From the NCBI GenBank assembly GCA_041744215.1, contig JBGTLG010000038.1, positions 1 through 62,997 on the forward strand: a stretch of DNA of 62,997 nucleotides, written 5' to 3'. The notes under the pieces are model-generated. The model did no database searches. It had not been told where the DNA came from and saw only the letters and a program-made list of their open reading frames with translations. Shown piece after piece: positions 1 to 8,671 of this stretch (position 1 is its first letter; each line of letters starts with the position of its first letter). The DNA is from Fimbriimonadales bacterium (GTDB lineage Bacteria; Armatimonadota; Fimbriimonadia; Fimbriimonadales; ATM1). The position numbers and the translations under genes were made by a program.

Positions 1-89
1 ACATAGTAATCGCGCGTTTTTCATGCGCGGTCGCGCGTCGGCGTCATTTGGTCGCGTGTCGAGGCGAAAAAGGCGCGTGCCACCGGCCC

Positions 90-123
90 TGTGACGCGTG
101 TCACAGCCGTTGTGACACGCGCC
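90..123. repeat. Overlapping palindromes: TGTGA-N6-TCACA (CRP/FNR-type consensus, 90-105) and an 11-bp perfect inverted repeat CGCGTGTCACA/TGTGACACGCG (95-105/111-121)
   Basis: Read directly: tgtgacgcgtgtcacagccgttgtgacacgcgcc. Function unknown (operator or REP-like element). Confidence 0.5.
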
Positions 124-231
124 ATCCTCCCGTCGCCGCCCGCGAGGGAGTTCGACCCGACCGATTCCCGGATCATCCTCGGCTTCAAAGGGCCCGGTTG
201 TTGCCAAGATCGAGAGCGGTAGCATGGCGGG

Positions 232-1044
232 ATGGAGTCTCTGCCTTCGCCGAATCCCGAAGCGGAAGCCCGCCGCCTGGCAGCCGAGTGGAGGCTGCAA
301 CTCGGTGAGGCGATGCGCGGCGGAATGTGTGCGCTCGTGCTTGCGGCTACCGCGGCAGATGGTGCTGAGGTCGTGCTGAAGATTCCAAAACGTGAGACGG
401 AGGAGCGGCACGCGGCACAGTATCTGAGCGCATTCGCCGGGCACGGCGGCGTTCCAGTCTTGAAGGAAGACTCGGATACCGGCTCGGTTCTGATGCCGCG
501 CCTGCGGCCGGGAACCGACCTCACAGGTGTCGACGAGCGCGAAGCAGTGGAGATTTGCGCCCGCCTCATTCTCCGCATTCGCTCCGCGCCCCAAATGGCG
601 GCGCCACATCTGGAGACGTGGTTCTCTGCACTCGATCCGGCAGCTGACGATCCTCTTGTATCGCTTGCAGCGACCGTTTCCCGGCGGCTCCTCAGCACCG
701 CCGACCGCGATTGTCTTTTGCACGCGGACCTGCACCATTTCAATATTCTTCGCTCCGGCGACGAATGGGTCGCAATCGATCCGAAAGTGATGCGCGGCGA
801 CCCGTCGTTCGAAACAAGCGCATTTATGCGTAACCCGATAGACAATGTGCCCGGCGCAGACGTGATGGCGGAACGCATCGCTCGGTTTTCGGAGACTCTC
901 GGCGATCCGCCGGACCGCATCTGGGGCTGGGCGTTCGCTCAAACCGCGCTCAGCAGCGTATGGTCGCCGGGCACATCCGACTGGCGCGACGCTGCAGAAG
1001 CGATCTATGAAGCGGGCAGAGTCCTGGGCCTCGATTCTTGGTAA
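232..1044 (+). CDS. Aminoglycoside/hydroxyurea resistance kinase family (APH(6)/StrB-like phosphotransferase)
   Basis: VVLKI, Brenner motif LLHADLHHFNIL, WVAIDPK...GDP typical of APH(6); TAGCAT box 6 nt upstream of ATG. Confidence 0.8.
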   Translation: MESLPSPNPEAEARRLAAEWRLQLGEAMRGGMCALVLAATAADGAEVVLKIPKRETEERHAAQYLSAFAGHGGVPVLKEDSDTGSVLMPRLRPGTDLTGVDEREAVEICARLILRIRSAPQMAAPHLETWFSALDPAADDPLVSLAATVSRRLLSTADRDCLLHADLHHFNILRSGDEWVAIDPKVMRGDPSFETSAFMRNPIDNVPGADVMAERIARFSETLGDPPDRIWGWAFAQTALSSVWSPGTSDWRDAAEAIYEAGRVLGLDSW

Positions 1045-1124
1045 AGCGCGAGGCCGGGGCTCTTCAGTATCGACGCCTGTCGATGCGATCATCTCTGCCG
1101 GCCTAGCTTCGGTACACTCAGTCG

Positions 1125-1823
1125 ATGATCACCATTCGCAGGTCGGCTGAGCGCGGCCACTTCGATTTTGGCTGGCTCAGCACCTACCACACGTTCTCGT
1201 TTGGCAACTACCGTGACCCCGACTGGATGGGTTTTCGGACGCTCCGAGTGCTGAACGAAGACTTCGTTCAACCGGGCCAAGGGTTTGGTGAGCACGGGCA
1301 CCGCGATATGGAGATCGTGTCGTATGTCGTCTCCGGCGCTTTGCAGCACTGGGACGATATGGGCAATGGCTCGACGATCACACGCGGGCGGGTTCAGCGC
1401 ATGACCGCAGGGCGCGGTGTCAAGCATGCAGAAAAGAACGGCTCCGAAAGCGAAGTGACGCACCTCATCCAGATTTGGATCATGCCCGAGTCTTACGGAC
1501 TCGATCCTGGGTACGAAGAAAAGGATATCCCCGACGAAGCAAAGAAGAATGTGTTGAAACAGATCGCGGCGAGAGAGCCCGAAGCCGACGCGGTGAAAAT
1601 CAATCAAGATGCTTCGATCTATGCGTCAATCCTCGATGGTGGCGTTTCCCTAACACCCACACTCAATCAAGGAAGACACGGATGGCTGCACCTGATCACT
1701 GGCGCGGTTTCGGTAAATGATGAAGACCTCAAGCCTGGGGATAGCGCGGGCATCAGCGACGAGAGCGAGATTCACATCCACGCAAAGGAACCGAGTGAGA
1801 TACTCTTTTTCGATCTGTCTTAG
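1125..1823 (+). CDS. Pirin family protein (YhhW-like bicupin)
   Basis: GWLSTYHTFSF, GFRTLRVLNED, HGHRDMEIVSYV, QRMTAGRGVKHAE, LIQIWI motifs. Confidence 0.93.
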   Translation: MITIRRSAERGHFDFGWLSTYHTFSFGNYRDPDWMGFRTLRVLNEDFVQPGQGFGEHGHRDMEIVSYVVSGALQHWDDMGNGSTITRGRVQRMTAGRGVKHAEKNGSESEVTHLIQIWIMPESYGLDPGYEEKDIPDEAKKNVLKQIAAREPEADAVKINQDASIYASILDGGVSLTPTLNQGRHGWLHLITGAVSVNDEDLKPGDSAGISDESEIHIHAKEPSEILFFDLS

Positions 1824-3339
1824 CGCGCTGATTCTGCTCGGTTGCGACCCATCGCAGTCTGAAGCCATAGTGCAAACACCGCGCGTCGAATCTCTTCCGG
1901 CTGTCGATGCGCCCGAGCAGGACCCGCCGCCGCCGATCGGAGCGCTGGGCACTGCGGGCGACCCAACTGCGTGGAGTCCAGCGAGCGATTTCGGCAAGCC
2001 GATCAATCGAGACTTCGCGGGCATTACCTGCTTCCGTGGCAATGCGCAGCGCAATTACTACGGTGACGGGGCAATCCCTGCTGGCAACTTGCGCGTTCTT
2101 TGGCGCCTCCCGATTGGCTCCGTCGACGGATACTGGACGGGGATCGGTTGGACGGGCCAACCGCTCGCGATCGAGTGGCCCGAGCAAACACGAAAGTGGA
2201 TGAACTTCACCGAGCAGCCTGGCCCGCGCACAGAGATTATCGTTGGCGCGCTCGACGGCCAAGTGCACTTTGTCGATGCGGACACCGGCAGGCGCAGTCG
2301 AAAGCCGCTCAAGATGCCTGCGCCTTATCCAGTCAAAGGAACTGTTACGGTCGATCCGCGTGGGTATCCGTTGCTGCTTGTCGGGCCAGGGATGAATCGT
2401 GGTCAAACCGGTTACCGCATTTTCTCGCTGATCGATTTCAAGGAGCTTTACAATATCAGAGGAATTGATTCAAGCGCGCCTCGAGGCTGGCCGGCGTTCG
2501 ATGCAAACGGAATCGTGCTCCGCGACACGCTTCTCCAGGTCGGCGAGAACGGGATGTACTACCAAGTCACACTCAACTCGTCTTGGGATTCAGACACTGG
2601 CAACCTTAAGATCGATCCTGAGGTTCATAAGATCAGAGTGACCGCAGCAGGAATCGAAAGCAGCGTTTCGGTCTGGGGCGACTACGCGTACTTCGGCGAC
2701 AATGTTGGTGGACTTTGGCGGATCGCCTTGGACTCCCCAAGCGAAGCCCAGAAGGTTGCCACTCTTGGCGATGACAGTGACAGCACAATCACGTTCGACA
2801 ACAACGGCGCGTTCTATGTCGGCATCCAAGTAGATAAGCTCGCGGGCAGGGGTGGGAAAGGCAAGCTGTTCAAATTCGATGCGATGGGAATGAAACCGCT
2901 TTGGACTTACTCATTCACAGCAGGTTCGATAGCGAAAGTTGAGGGGAGGAACGCGATAAACGGAGGGGTGCTTTCAACCGTCGCGCTTTCGGTTGAGCAC
3001 GACCTGGTTTATCTCACTACCACCCATCACCCTAGGATTGGCGGCGGATACCTAATCGCGTTGGAGCGGGAGACTGGGAAGACGCGCTGGCAAATGAAGA
3101 TGCGGGGATATGGTTGGAGTTCGCCGCTCGTGCTTGGAGACCGAGTACTCGCAATCGACAGCGGCGGCAACGTGTTTGTTCGTGATGCGAGTACCGGTGA
3201 TTCGCTACTGACCAATTCGGCGGGCGTTAAGATCGAGTCGATTGCGCTTGGCAGCACCGTCGAAGCATCGCCCATCGTTTGGCGAGAGAAAATCTACATC
3301 GGAGTGCGCGGTGGCGCGCTCATCTGTCTCGGTAACTGA
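1795..3339 (+). CDS. PQQ-like beta-propeller lipoprotein
   Basis: Probable GTG start at 1795 after AAGGAA; lipobox ILLGC; TCFRGN..R and WTGIGWTGQP motifs; repeated D/E..TG...W and SSP/ASP blade motifs. Confidence 0.75.
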   Translation: MRYSFSICLSALILLGCDPSQSEAIVQTPRVESLPAVDAPEQDPPPPIGALGTAGDPTAWSPASDFGKPINRDFAGITCFRGNAQRNYYGDGAIPAGNLRVLWRLPIGSVDGYWTGIGWTGQPLAIEWPEQTRKWMNFTEQPGPRTEIIVGALDGQVHFVDADTGRRSRKPLKMPAPYPVKGTVTVDPRGYPLLLVGPGMNRGQTGYRIFSLIDFKELYNIRGIDSSAPRGWPAFDANGIVLRDTLLQVGENGMYYQVTLNSSWDSDTGNLKIDPEVHKIRVTAAGIESSVSVWGDYAYFGDNVGGLWRIALDSPSEAQKVATLGDDSDSTITFDNNGAFYVGIQVDKLAGRGGKGKLFKFDAMGMKPLWTYSFTAGSIAKVEGRNAINGGVLSTVALSVEHDLVYLTTTHHPRIGGGYLIALERETGKTRWQMKMRGYGWSSPLVLGDRVLAIDSGGNVFVRDASTGDSLLTNSAGVKIESIALGSTVEASPIVWREKIYIGVRGGALICLGN

Positions 3340-3352
3340 TAGGAGAAAGGAA

Positions 3353-3682
3353 ATGATAAAGGGTGTTCACGCGATGTACTACTCACCTGTTGCGGCAGAA
3401 TTGAGGTTGTTCTTTCGCGACGTTGTGAAAATGCCGTGCATCGACGCTGGCGAGGGATGGCTGATCGCCACAGCGCCGGAAGGCGAGCTTGGCTTTCATG
3501 AGGAAGACGAAACTAAGCCTGCGATATCGCTTTTCTGCGATGACATCCGTGCGACCGTCGCGGATCTCAAATCACGCGGGGTGGAGTTCTCGTCGGGGAT
3601 CGAAGATCACGGCTACGGACTGGTGACGTTCTTCAAGGCGCCCGGCGATCTTGAGATACAGCTTTATCAGAAGAAATACTGA
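3353..3682 (+). CDS. VOC/glyoxalase family protein
   Basis: SD AGGAG/AAGG before ATG 3353; FF.DV, CDDIRATVADLKSRGVEF, DHGYG...F..P.D..IQLYQ. Confidence 0.85.
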   Translation: MIKGVHAMYYSPVAAELRLFFRDVVKMPCIDAGEGWLIATAPEGELGFHEEDETKPAISLFCDDIRATVADLKSRGVEFSSGIEDHGYGLVTFFKAPGDLEIQLYQKKY

Positions 3683-3718
3683 CCCAGCAGTTTGCCTTTC
3701 AATTGGCCGCAAGAGTCG

Positions 3719-4072
3719 CTACGGTTTTGCGCCTGCTCGAATCCAGGACTCGATTTTCGCCGCGTCTCCAGACTTCATCGGGTTCCCAGGAGGCATTTGT
3801 GGTTTTGCCAGACCTTTTATGCGCCTCAAAAGCAGACTCTGAGCCGGCCGCCCAGCGATTACAGCCTTACCGCTGACGCCGCCCTTCATCACCGCCTCAT
3901 GGGTGTCTAGCCTCAACCCGCCGGCAGGTGATCTAGCTCCGTGGCAAGACACGCACTGCGCCACCAATATTGGCCTCACAGACCCAAAGGTGTCGGTTGG
4001 CGTCTGAGGCGCGCCCGCGCCAATAAACAATGAGACGAACAAGAGCATAAAAGCCGGTCCGAGCGTACGCAT
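3719..4072 (-). CDS. Secreted mono-heme c-type cytochrome (planctomycete cytochrome C-like domain)
   Basis: Signal peptide, CVSCH heme motif, GGLRLD, GG.SG, MPP axial Met, I..WI..GA C-terminus; start placed at ATG 4072. Confidence 0.8.
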   Translation of the reverse strand: MRTLGPAFMLLFVSLFIGAGAPQTPTDTFGSVRPILVAQCVSCHGARSPAGGLRLDTHEAVMKGGVSGKAVIAGRPAQSLLLRRIKGLAKPQMPPGNPMKSGDAAKIESWIRAGAKP

Positions 4073-4119
4073 GGTACACATCATACGCTCGAACCGACCC
4101 AGGAGTGCCGGCGAGTTTG

Positions 4120-4992
4120 CTACCGTCGAGAAGCGGAGGGCGTCGAATTGACGCTCGGGTTCGAAGTCAAGTTGGCCGCGTTCGTGCCGTCGGTGTTCAT
4201 ACGCCACACGTCAAAGTTACCTCCGCCAGCGTACGCTTGCCAAACGACGGCCTGGGAGTTTGATGTGAACTTGGGCGCCCAGTTTGGGCCACCGTTATCG
4301 GTGAACTGCGTCGGATCTGTGCCGTCCAGATTCATGATCCAGACGTCGAAGTTGCCACCCTCGTCCGAAATGTACGCGATCTTTCCATTGTTAGGACTTA
4401 TAGCGGGGAAGTAGTTGTATCCACCGGTGTTTGTGAGTTGTGTTAAACCGATTTCCGTGCCACCGGCGTTGATCCTGTAAATCTCATAGTTGCCGGATCG
4501 ATTGCTGCCAAAGTAGATGAGATTTCCATGACCCCAAAACGGTGCGGAGTTGTCTGCTGACACACTCGTTAGCCGGATCACGTTCGAACCATCGCTGTTC
4601 ATCTGGTAAAGGTGATTCTGGTCGCCTTGATGGCTTACCCAAACGATCTTTGTGCCGTCTGGGCTCCAGCAAGGTTGGCGATCATCCGATCCGCTCACAG
4701 TCAACCTCTGGACATTCGAACCATCAAAGTTCATCACGTATATCTCGAAGTTCCCATCGCGGTCGCTCACGAACACAATATGCTCGCCGTCGGGGCTAAG
4801 CATTGCCTCTTTGTCGTCGAAACCGTTGGTTGTGATTTGAGAAAGATCGCCACCAGTAAAGTTCATCACGAATATCTCGTTATCTCCGTCTCGATCCGAG
4901 ACGAAGACAATCTTCGTGGGCTTGATTCCGACGCAGGCCGCACCTATGGCTATGGCCGCTGCTGCCAGCGCGATTGCGAGTTTCGCTTTCAT
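4120..4992 (-). CDS. TolB-like (PD40/WD40) beta-propeller lipoprotein
   Basis: Lipobox GAAC; repeated SPDG..I.F.SDRDG..EI..MN.DG....LT blades. Confidence 0.85.
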   Translation of the reverse strand: MKAKLAIALAAAAIAIGAACVGIKPTKIVFVSDRDGDNEIFVMNFTGGDLSQITTNGFDDKEAMLSPDGEHIVFVSDRDGNFEIYVMNFDGSNVQRLTVSGSDDRQPCWSPDGTKIVWVSHQGDQNHLYQMNSDGSNVIRLTSVSADNSAPFWGHGNLIYFGSNRSGNYEIYRINAGGTEIGLTQLTNTGGYNYFPAISPNNGKIAYISDEGGNFDVWIMNLDGTDPTQFTDNGGPNWAPKFTSNSQAVVWQAYAGGGNFDVWRMNTDGTNAANLTSNPSVNSTPSASRR

Positions 4993-5057
4993 CCGGTCCT
5001 CCAGGTACCCGCGCAGGGCCGCTGCCCCGCAAATTTACGGTTAATCCTGTTATGGCC

Positions 5058-6875
5058 TTATGAAGCGCTTTCCTCAGTCCAAAGCCGCTCAAACTCCCCC
5101 ACAAGACCGTCCAGCACAGCAAATCCCCCGTCCCAGAAGGCCGGATCCTGCAGATCCACGCCGACCACGTCCATCTGCTCTTGCGGGGTCACGGAGCCAC
5201 CCAGCGACAGCATCCGGTTGTACTTTTCCGCAAACTCGGGACCCTCCACTTTGGCGCGCTGATACAGCGAGAGGACGAGCAGCTCGCCGAAAGAGTAGGC
5301 GTAAACATAAAACGGCACGGCGAAGAAGTGGCTGACGTACCCCCACCAGCACTTGTGCTGCTCACCGAGTTTGACGGAACTCCCGAACATCTCCTGCACG
5401 GTCTCTTGCCAAACATCTCCGAACTCGTCTGCCGAGAGTTCACCTTGCTCTCTCCGCATTGTGTGGCACTTTTGCTCGAATCGAAACATTGCCGCCTGCC
5501 GGAAGATCGTCGCGAAAATCCCTTCTATCTTTTCTGCATACAAGGCAAGCTTATCTTTCGGGTCTGCCTTTTCTACGAGCGATTCGAAAACAAGCATCTC
5601 TGCAAAGGTGCTCGCGAGCTCAGCCATAGGAAGTGTGGGCTGGTAGTTGAAGAGAGTCTGCTTCTTCGAGAGGCTGGCGTGGACTCCGTGGCCGAGTTCG
5701 TGCGCAAGAGTCATAACGTCATCCATCTTGTTCATGTATGACATCAGCATAACTGGGTGCGTATCTGGTGTGTTACCACTGCAAAATGCACCACCAGTCT
5801 TTCCGGCCCTCGGCTCGGCGTCAATCCAATTCTTGGCGAAGAACTCCTCTGCTAAGTAGCGCAGCTCAGTTGAGAATCTTCCAAATGCGTCAAGGACCAT
5901 AGACTTCGCCCTGTCCCATTCAACCGTTTCTTTAGTGTCGAACAGAGGGGCATAGCGGTCGATATGTGTAAGTTCGGGCAACTTGAGGATTTGCCTTTTC
6001 AGGTTATAGAACCTCTCGACCAGGCGGTAGTTTGCAGCGCACTTCCCGACCACCAACTCCACAGTCTCGGGATCGAGCTCGTTGGCTAGATGGCGGTGCG
6101 CGTCGGGGGTCGGAAAGCCCCTCAAATCGTCGTCGATCTTCCGGTCCTGGAGCAGCGTGTTGAAAGTGAAGGTAATCACGCGCTGCAGATCGAGCAATCC
6201 CTGAGAGAAGGCGTCCGCTGCAGCTTGACGAAGCGCGCGATTTGGCGATCGCAACAAGTCAAGCACTTCGGTCTGCGTCAAATCCTCGATCTCATCGCTT
6301 CCCGGTCTCTTCAGTTTGAAGACGTGATTGGACGTGATCTCGTCGTGGAGGCGGACCCATGCGCGCGTTCCAACGTTTGCAGTCTTCTCAAGAATCACCT
6401 CTTCCTTCTCAGATAAACGGTATGGCGACATAAGCCTCGCTTTCTGCAAGTAGTGGCTGTAAGCACTTAGCACGGGATCCGCGAGCAGTCGATCCGCAAC
6501 GCCTGTCGGCAGCGCCTGTATCTCCAGCTCAAAGAACATCATCTTCACTTGAAGTTCACTTGCCCACTCCATCGCTTTCTGGAGAAATGCTCCAAGTTTA
6601 GGATCACCGGTATTCGTTGAAAACACGAGATAGGCAAAGTCGATGACTTTGCTTAGCTCGTTGTAGATCGCCTCGGCCTCGCGCGTCGCTTCGAGTAAGA
6701 GTTGCGCCGAAACTTGGGAAGTGTTGATTCGGTCACGGTAGCTTTCGGCAAACCGATCTGCCTGTTGGTGAAGCGCTGCTATTGACGCTTCAATCTTGGG
6801 ATCATCAACGCCAGAAAAGAGTGCGGATAGGTCCCATCGGACCTGCGGGTAGTCGGGTGCGGCTGTAGTGGTCAT
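5058..6875 (-). CDS. pepF: Oligoendopeptidase F (M3B)
   Basis: WDLS.L N-terminus, GK.GGAF, TLAHELGHGVH zinc motif, AE.AS.F.E, PFYVYAYSFG. Confidence 0.92.
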   Translation of the reverse strand: MTTTAAPDYPQVRWDLSALFSGVDDPKIEASIAALHQQADRFAESYRDRINTSQVSAQLLLEATREAEAIYNELSKVIDFAYLVFSTNTGDPKLGAFLQKAMEWASELQVKMMFFELEIQALPTGVADRLLADPVLSAYSHYLQKARLMSPYRLSEKEEVILEKTANVGTRAWVRLHDEITSNHVFKLKRPGSDEIEDLTQTEVLDLLRSPNRALRQAAADAFSQGLLDLQRVITFTFNTLLQDRKIDDDLRGFPTPDAHRHLANELDPETVELVVGKCAANYRLVERFYNLKRQILKLPELTHIDRYAPLFDTKETVEWDRAKSMVLDAFGRFSTELRYLAEEFFAKNWIDAEPRAGKTGGAFCSGNTPDTHPVMLMSYMNKMDDVMTLAHELGHGVHASLSKKQTLFNYQPTLPMAELASTFAEMLVFESLVEKADPKDKLALYAEKIEGIFATIFRQAAMFRFEQKCHTMRREQGELSADEFGDVWQETVQEMFGSSVKLGEQHKCWWGYVSHFFAVPFYVYAYSFGELLVLSLYQRAKVEGPEFAEKYNRMLSLGGSVTPQEQMDVVGVDLQDPAFWDGGFAVLDGLVGEFERLWTEESAS

Positions 6876-6885
6876 GAGAAGTTGC

Positions 6886-6961
6886 TGGCGCCCTCGGAGG
6901 GATTCGAACCCCCGACGCCCGCCTTAGGACGGCGGCGCTCTATCCCCTGAGCTACGAGGGC
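6886..6961 (-). tRNA. tRNA-Arg(CCT), encoded CCA
   Basis: Reverse complement folds: GCCCTCG acceptor, GCTC/GAGC D-stem, CCGCC-GTCCTAA-GGCGG anticodon arm, GGGGG-TTCGAAT-CCCTC T-arm, ends GCCA. Confidence 0.95.
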
Positions 6962-6987
6962 GGGGCAAAGAGGATACCCGCCGAGGC

Positions 6988-7314
6988 TTACTTTGCCTCG
7001 GCTTTTGTTGCAGGCTTGTGGGGTTCGCGAGTGTTGATTACGCCTTGCTCAAGTCTGCGCTTTTGGCGGAGCAACATCGCTTCCCGCGCCATTTCCAGGT
7101 GGTACAGAGCCTGGGCGTTCTCCTCGCACGCAAGGTCGCGGCCTTGAAAGTCGAGCAGCTTCTGGACGAGTACTTCTATCACGTCCTCCACTCGGCATCC
7201 GTTGACCCCGACTTCGGGCACCGGGCCGTGTTGAAACGTGATCTTGATGTACGGTGTCTCAATCTCCGCGTCCGTCCCGTCCATGCTTCTAAATTTCTCC
7301 ATGTTTTCGCTCAT
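6988..7314 (-). CDS. Tad1-like (Acb2/Tad1 superfamily) small protein, putative signalling-nucleotide binding protein
   Basis: SD AGGAG; motif I.FQ.GP..E.GVNG...EDVI......L..FQ....AC.ENA.AL.HLE.A......R...R...GV matches my recollection of the Tad1 core. Confidence 0.7.
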   Translation of the reverse strand: MSENMEKFRSMDGTDAEIETPYIKITFQHGPVPEVGVNGCRVEDVIEVLVQKLLDFQGRDLACEENAQALYHLEMAREAMLLRQKRRLEQGVINTREPHKPATKAEAK

Positions 7315-7405
7315 TTGTCTACTCCTGCCGATCTTCTTGTTTGCATATTAGACCATAACCTCAGTCTCGCTGTGGCGGTACATAATAAGCCTTACGCCGC
7401 CTTTT

Positions 7406-8221
7406 GTGTCCATGAGCCCAGAGCCGAACCTCAACCTGTCCGACGACCAAATCCGGGACTACCGCGAGAACGGCTATCTCACGATTGAGTCTTTCACAAC
7501 CGTCGCGGAACTTGAGTGGATGCGAGAGATTTATGATCGGCTGTTTTCTGAGCGCGCTGGGCGCGAACGAGGTGACGAATTCGACCTTGCGGGCCCTGAC
7601 ATCGACGGTGAGGTCCAGCGGCTTCCTCAAATCTTATCGCCATCCAATCATGCGCCGAAACTCAAGGAAACACTCGCGTTTGCGAATGCGGATGCTATCG
7701 CGAAGCAAATCCTCGGGGAGTGCGGCAGTTGCGCCGGCGACCACGCAATTCTCAAGCCTGCTCGATATGGTTCAGAGACGCCCTGGCATCAGGACGAAGC
7801 CTACTGGGATCCGTCGCTCGACTATGATTCCTTCAGCGTCTGGATTCCCCTTGATGGCGCGACGATCGAGAGCGGTTGCTTGCACTTTGTTCCGGGCAGC
7901 CATCTTGGAGAGGTATGTGAACACCGCCCGATCGGCGGTGACCCGTGCGTCCACGGGTTAGAAGCTGTAGAGCCAACCGTCACAGGGGCCATTCCGTGCC
8001 CCCTCGCCCCTGGCTCGGCCACGATCCACCATAATCGTACGCTACACTATGCGGGTCCAAATCATACGGATCAGCATCGCCGCGCTTACATACTCATGTG
8101 TGGGTCTCAGGCAACACCGAGAGCGACTCCACGATCGTTCCCGTGGAAAGAGATTCAAAAAACGGAGCGGGCAAGGCGAGCCCAGTCCGCGCAACAAAAG
8201 GAGAGCAAGAATGAAAATTGA
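7406..8221 (+). CDS. Phytanoyl-CoA dioxygenase (PhyH) family Fe(II)/2OG oxygenase
   Basis: ENGYL, TPWHQDEAYW (HxD), VWIPLD.AT..SGCL.FVPGSH, H.RTLH..GPN.T...RRA; start 7406 or 7412. Confidence 0.9.
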   Translation: MSMSPEPNLNLSDDQIRDYRENGYLTIESFTTVAELEWMREIYDRLFSERAGRERGDEFDLAGPDIDGEVQRLPQILSPSNHAPKLKETLAFANADAIAKQILGECGSCAGDHAILKPARYGSETPWHQDEAYWDPSLDYDSFSVWIPLDGATIESGCLHFVPGSHLGEVCEHRPIGGDPCVHGLEAVEPTVTGAIPCPLAPGSATIHHNRTLHYAGPNHTDQHRRAYILMCGSQATPRATPRSFPWKEIQKTERARRAQSAQQKESKNEN

Positions 8222-8666
8222 CATCGTCGAAGTGCCTCGGCAAAACGTTGTATTCGGTCGGGCTACGTGCAGCCACTCGGAGATCGGGCCCACGCTGATG
8301 CAGGTACTTCCCAGCGTGGCGAATCAGTTGGAGCGCGCAGGCGCAGAAATGGCTGGGCCACCCTTCTGCCGTTACACAGCTTGGCGCGAGAACGATTGCG
8401 ACATTGAAGGCGGCTGTCCGGTGATTGGAGAGGTTCAGGAAGGCGGGGAAGTGTTCGTAGGTACTCTCGGAGGGATGCGAGCCGTAATGGGCGAGTACAA
8501 CGGGCCGTACGAGGGCCTCGGTGGCGCGCACGAGGCGATCAGAGCGTATATCGCAGAAAACGGCTTCGAAGCGAACGATGCGCCGTTCGAAATCTATATG
8601 ACAGATCCAGAAGAAGAACCCGACCCCTCGAAATGGATCACGCACGTGTACTGGCCGATCGCCTAA
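8211..8666 (+). CDS. GyrI-like small-molecule binding domain protein
   Basis: SD AGGAG, ATG 8211 overlapping PhyH end; AGPPF.RY, GPYEGL..AHEAI..YI..NG, FEIY.TDP. Confidence 0.85.
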   Translation: MKIDIVEVPRQNVVFGRATCSHSEIGPTLMQVLPSVANQLERAGAEMAGPPFCRYTAWRENDCDIEGGCPVIGEVQEGGEVFVGTLGGMRAVMGEYNGPYEGLGGAHEAIRAYIAENGFEANDAPFEIYMTDPEEEPDPSKWITHVYWPIA

Positions 8667-8671
8667 ACAAA

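Noticed and set aside
21-920. 299-aa minus-strand ORF
   Set aside because: Antisense shadow of the APH(6)-like gene; Arg/Ser-rich with no motifs.
232-1044. Calling this a streptomycin-resistance gene (strB)
   Set aside because: Family motifs only; no strA partner or mobile context, so the substrate cannot be inferred.
4120-4992. Repeated DNA/protein units as a possible array
   Set aside because: They are ordinary PD40 propeller blades in one protein, not CRISPR or a DNA repeat.
6886-7400. Prophage or genomic island at tRNA-Arg
   Set aside because: No integrase, no duplicated tRNA 3' end seen, and pepF starts 10 nt after the CCA.
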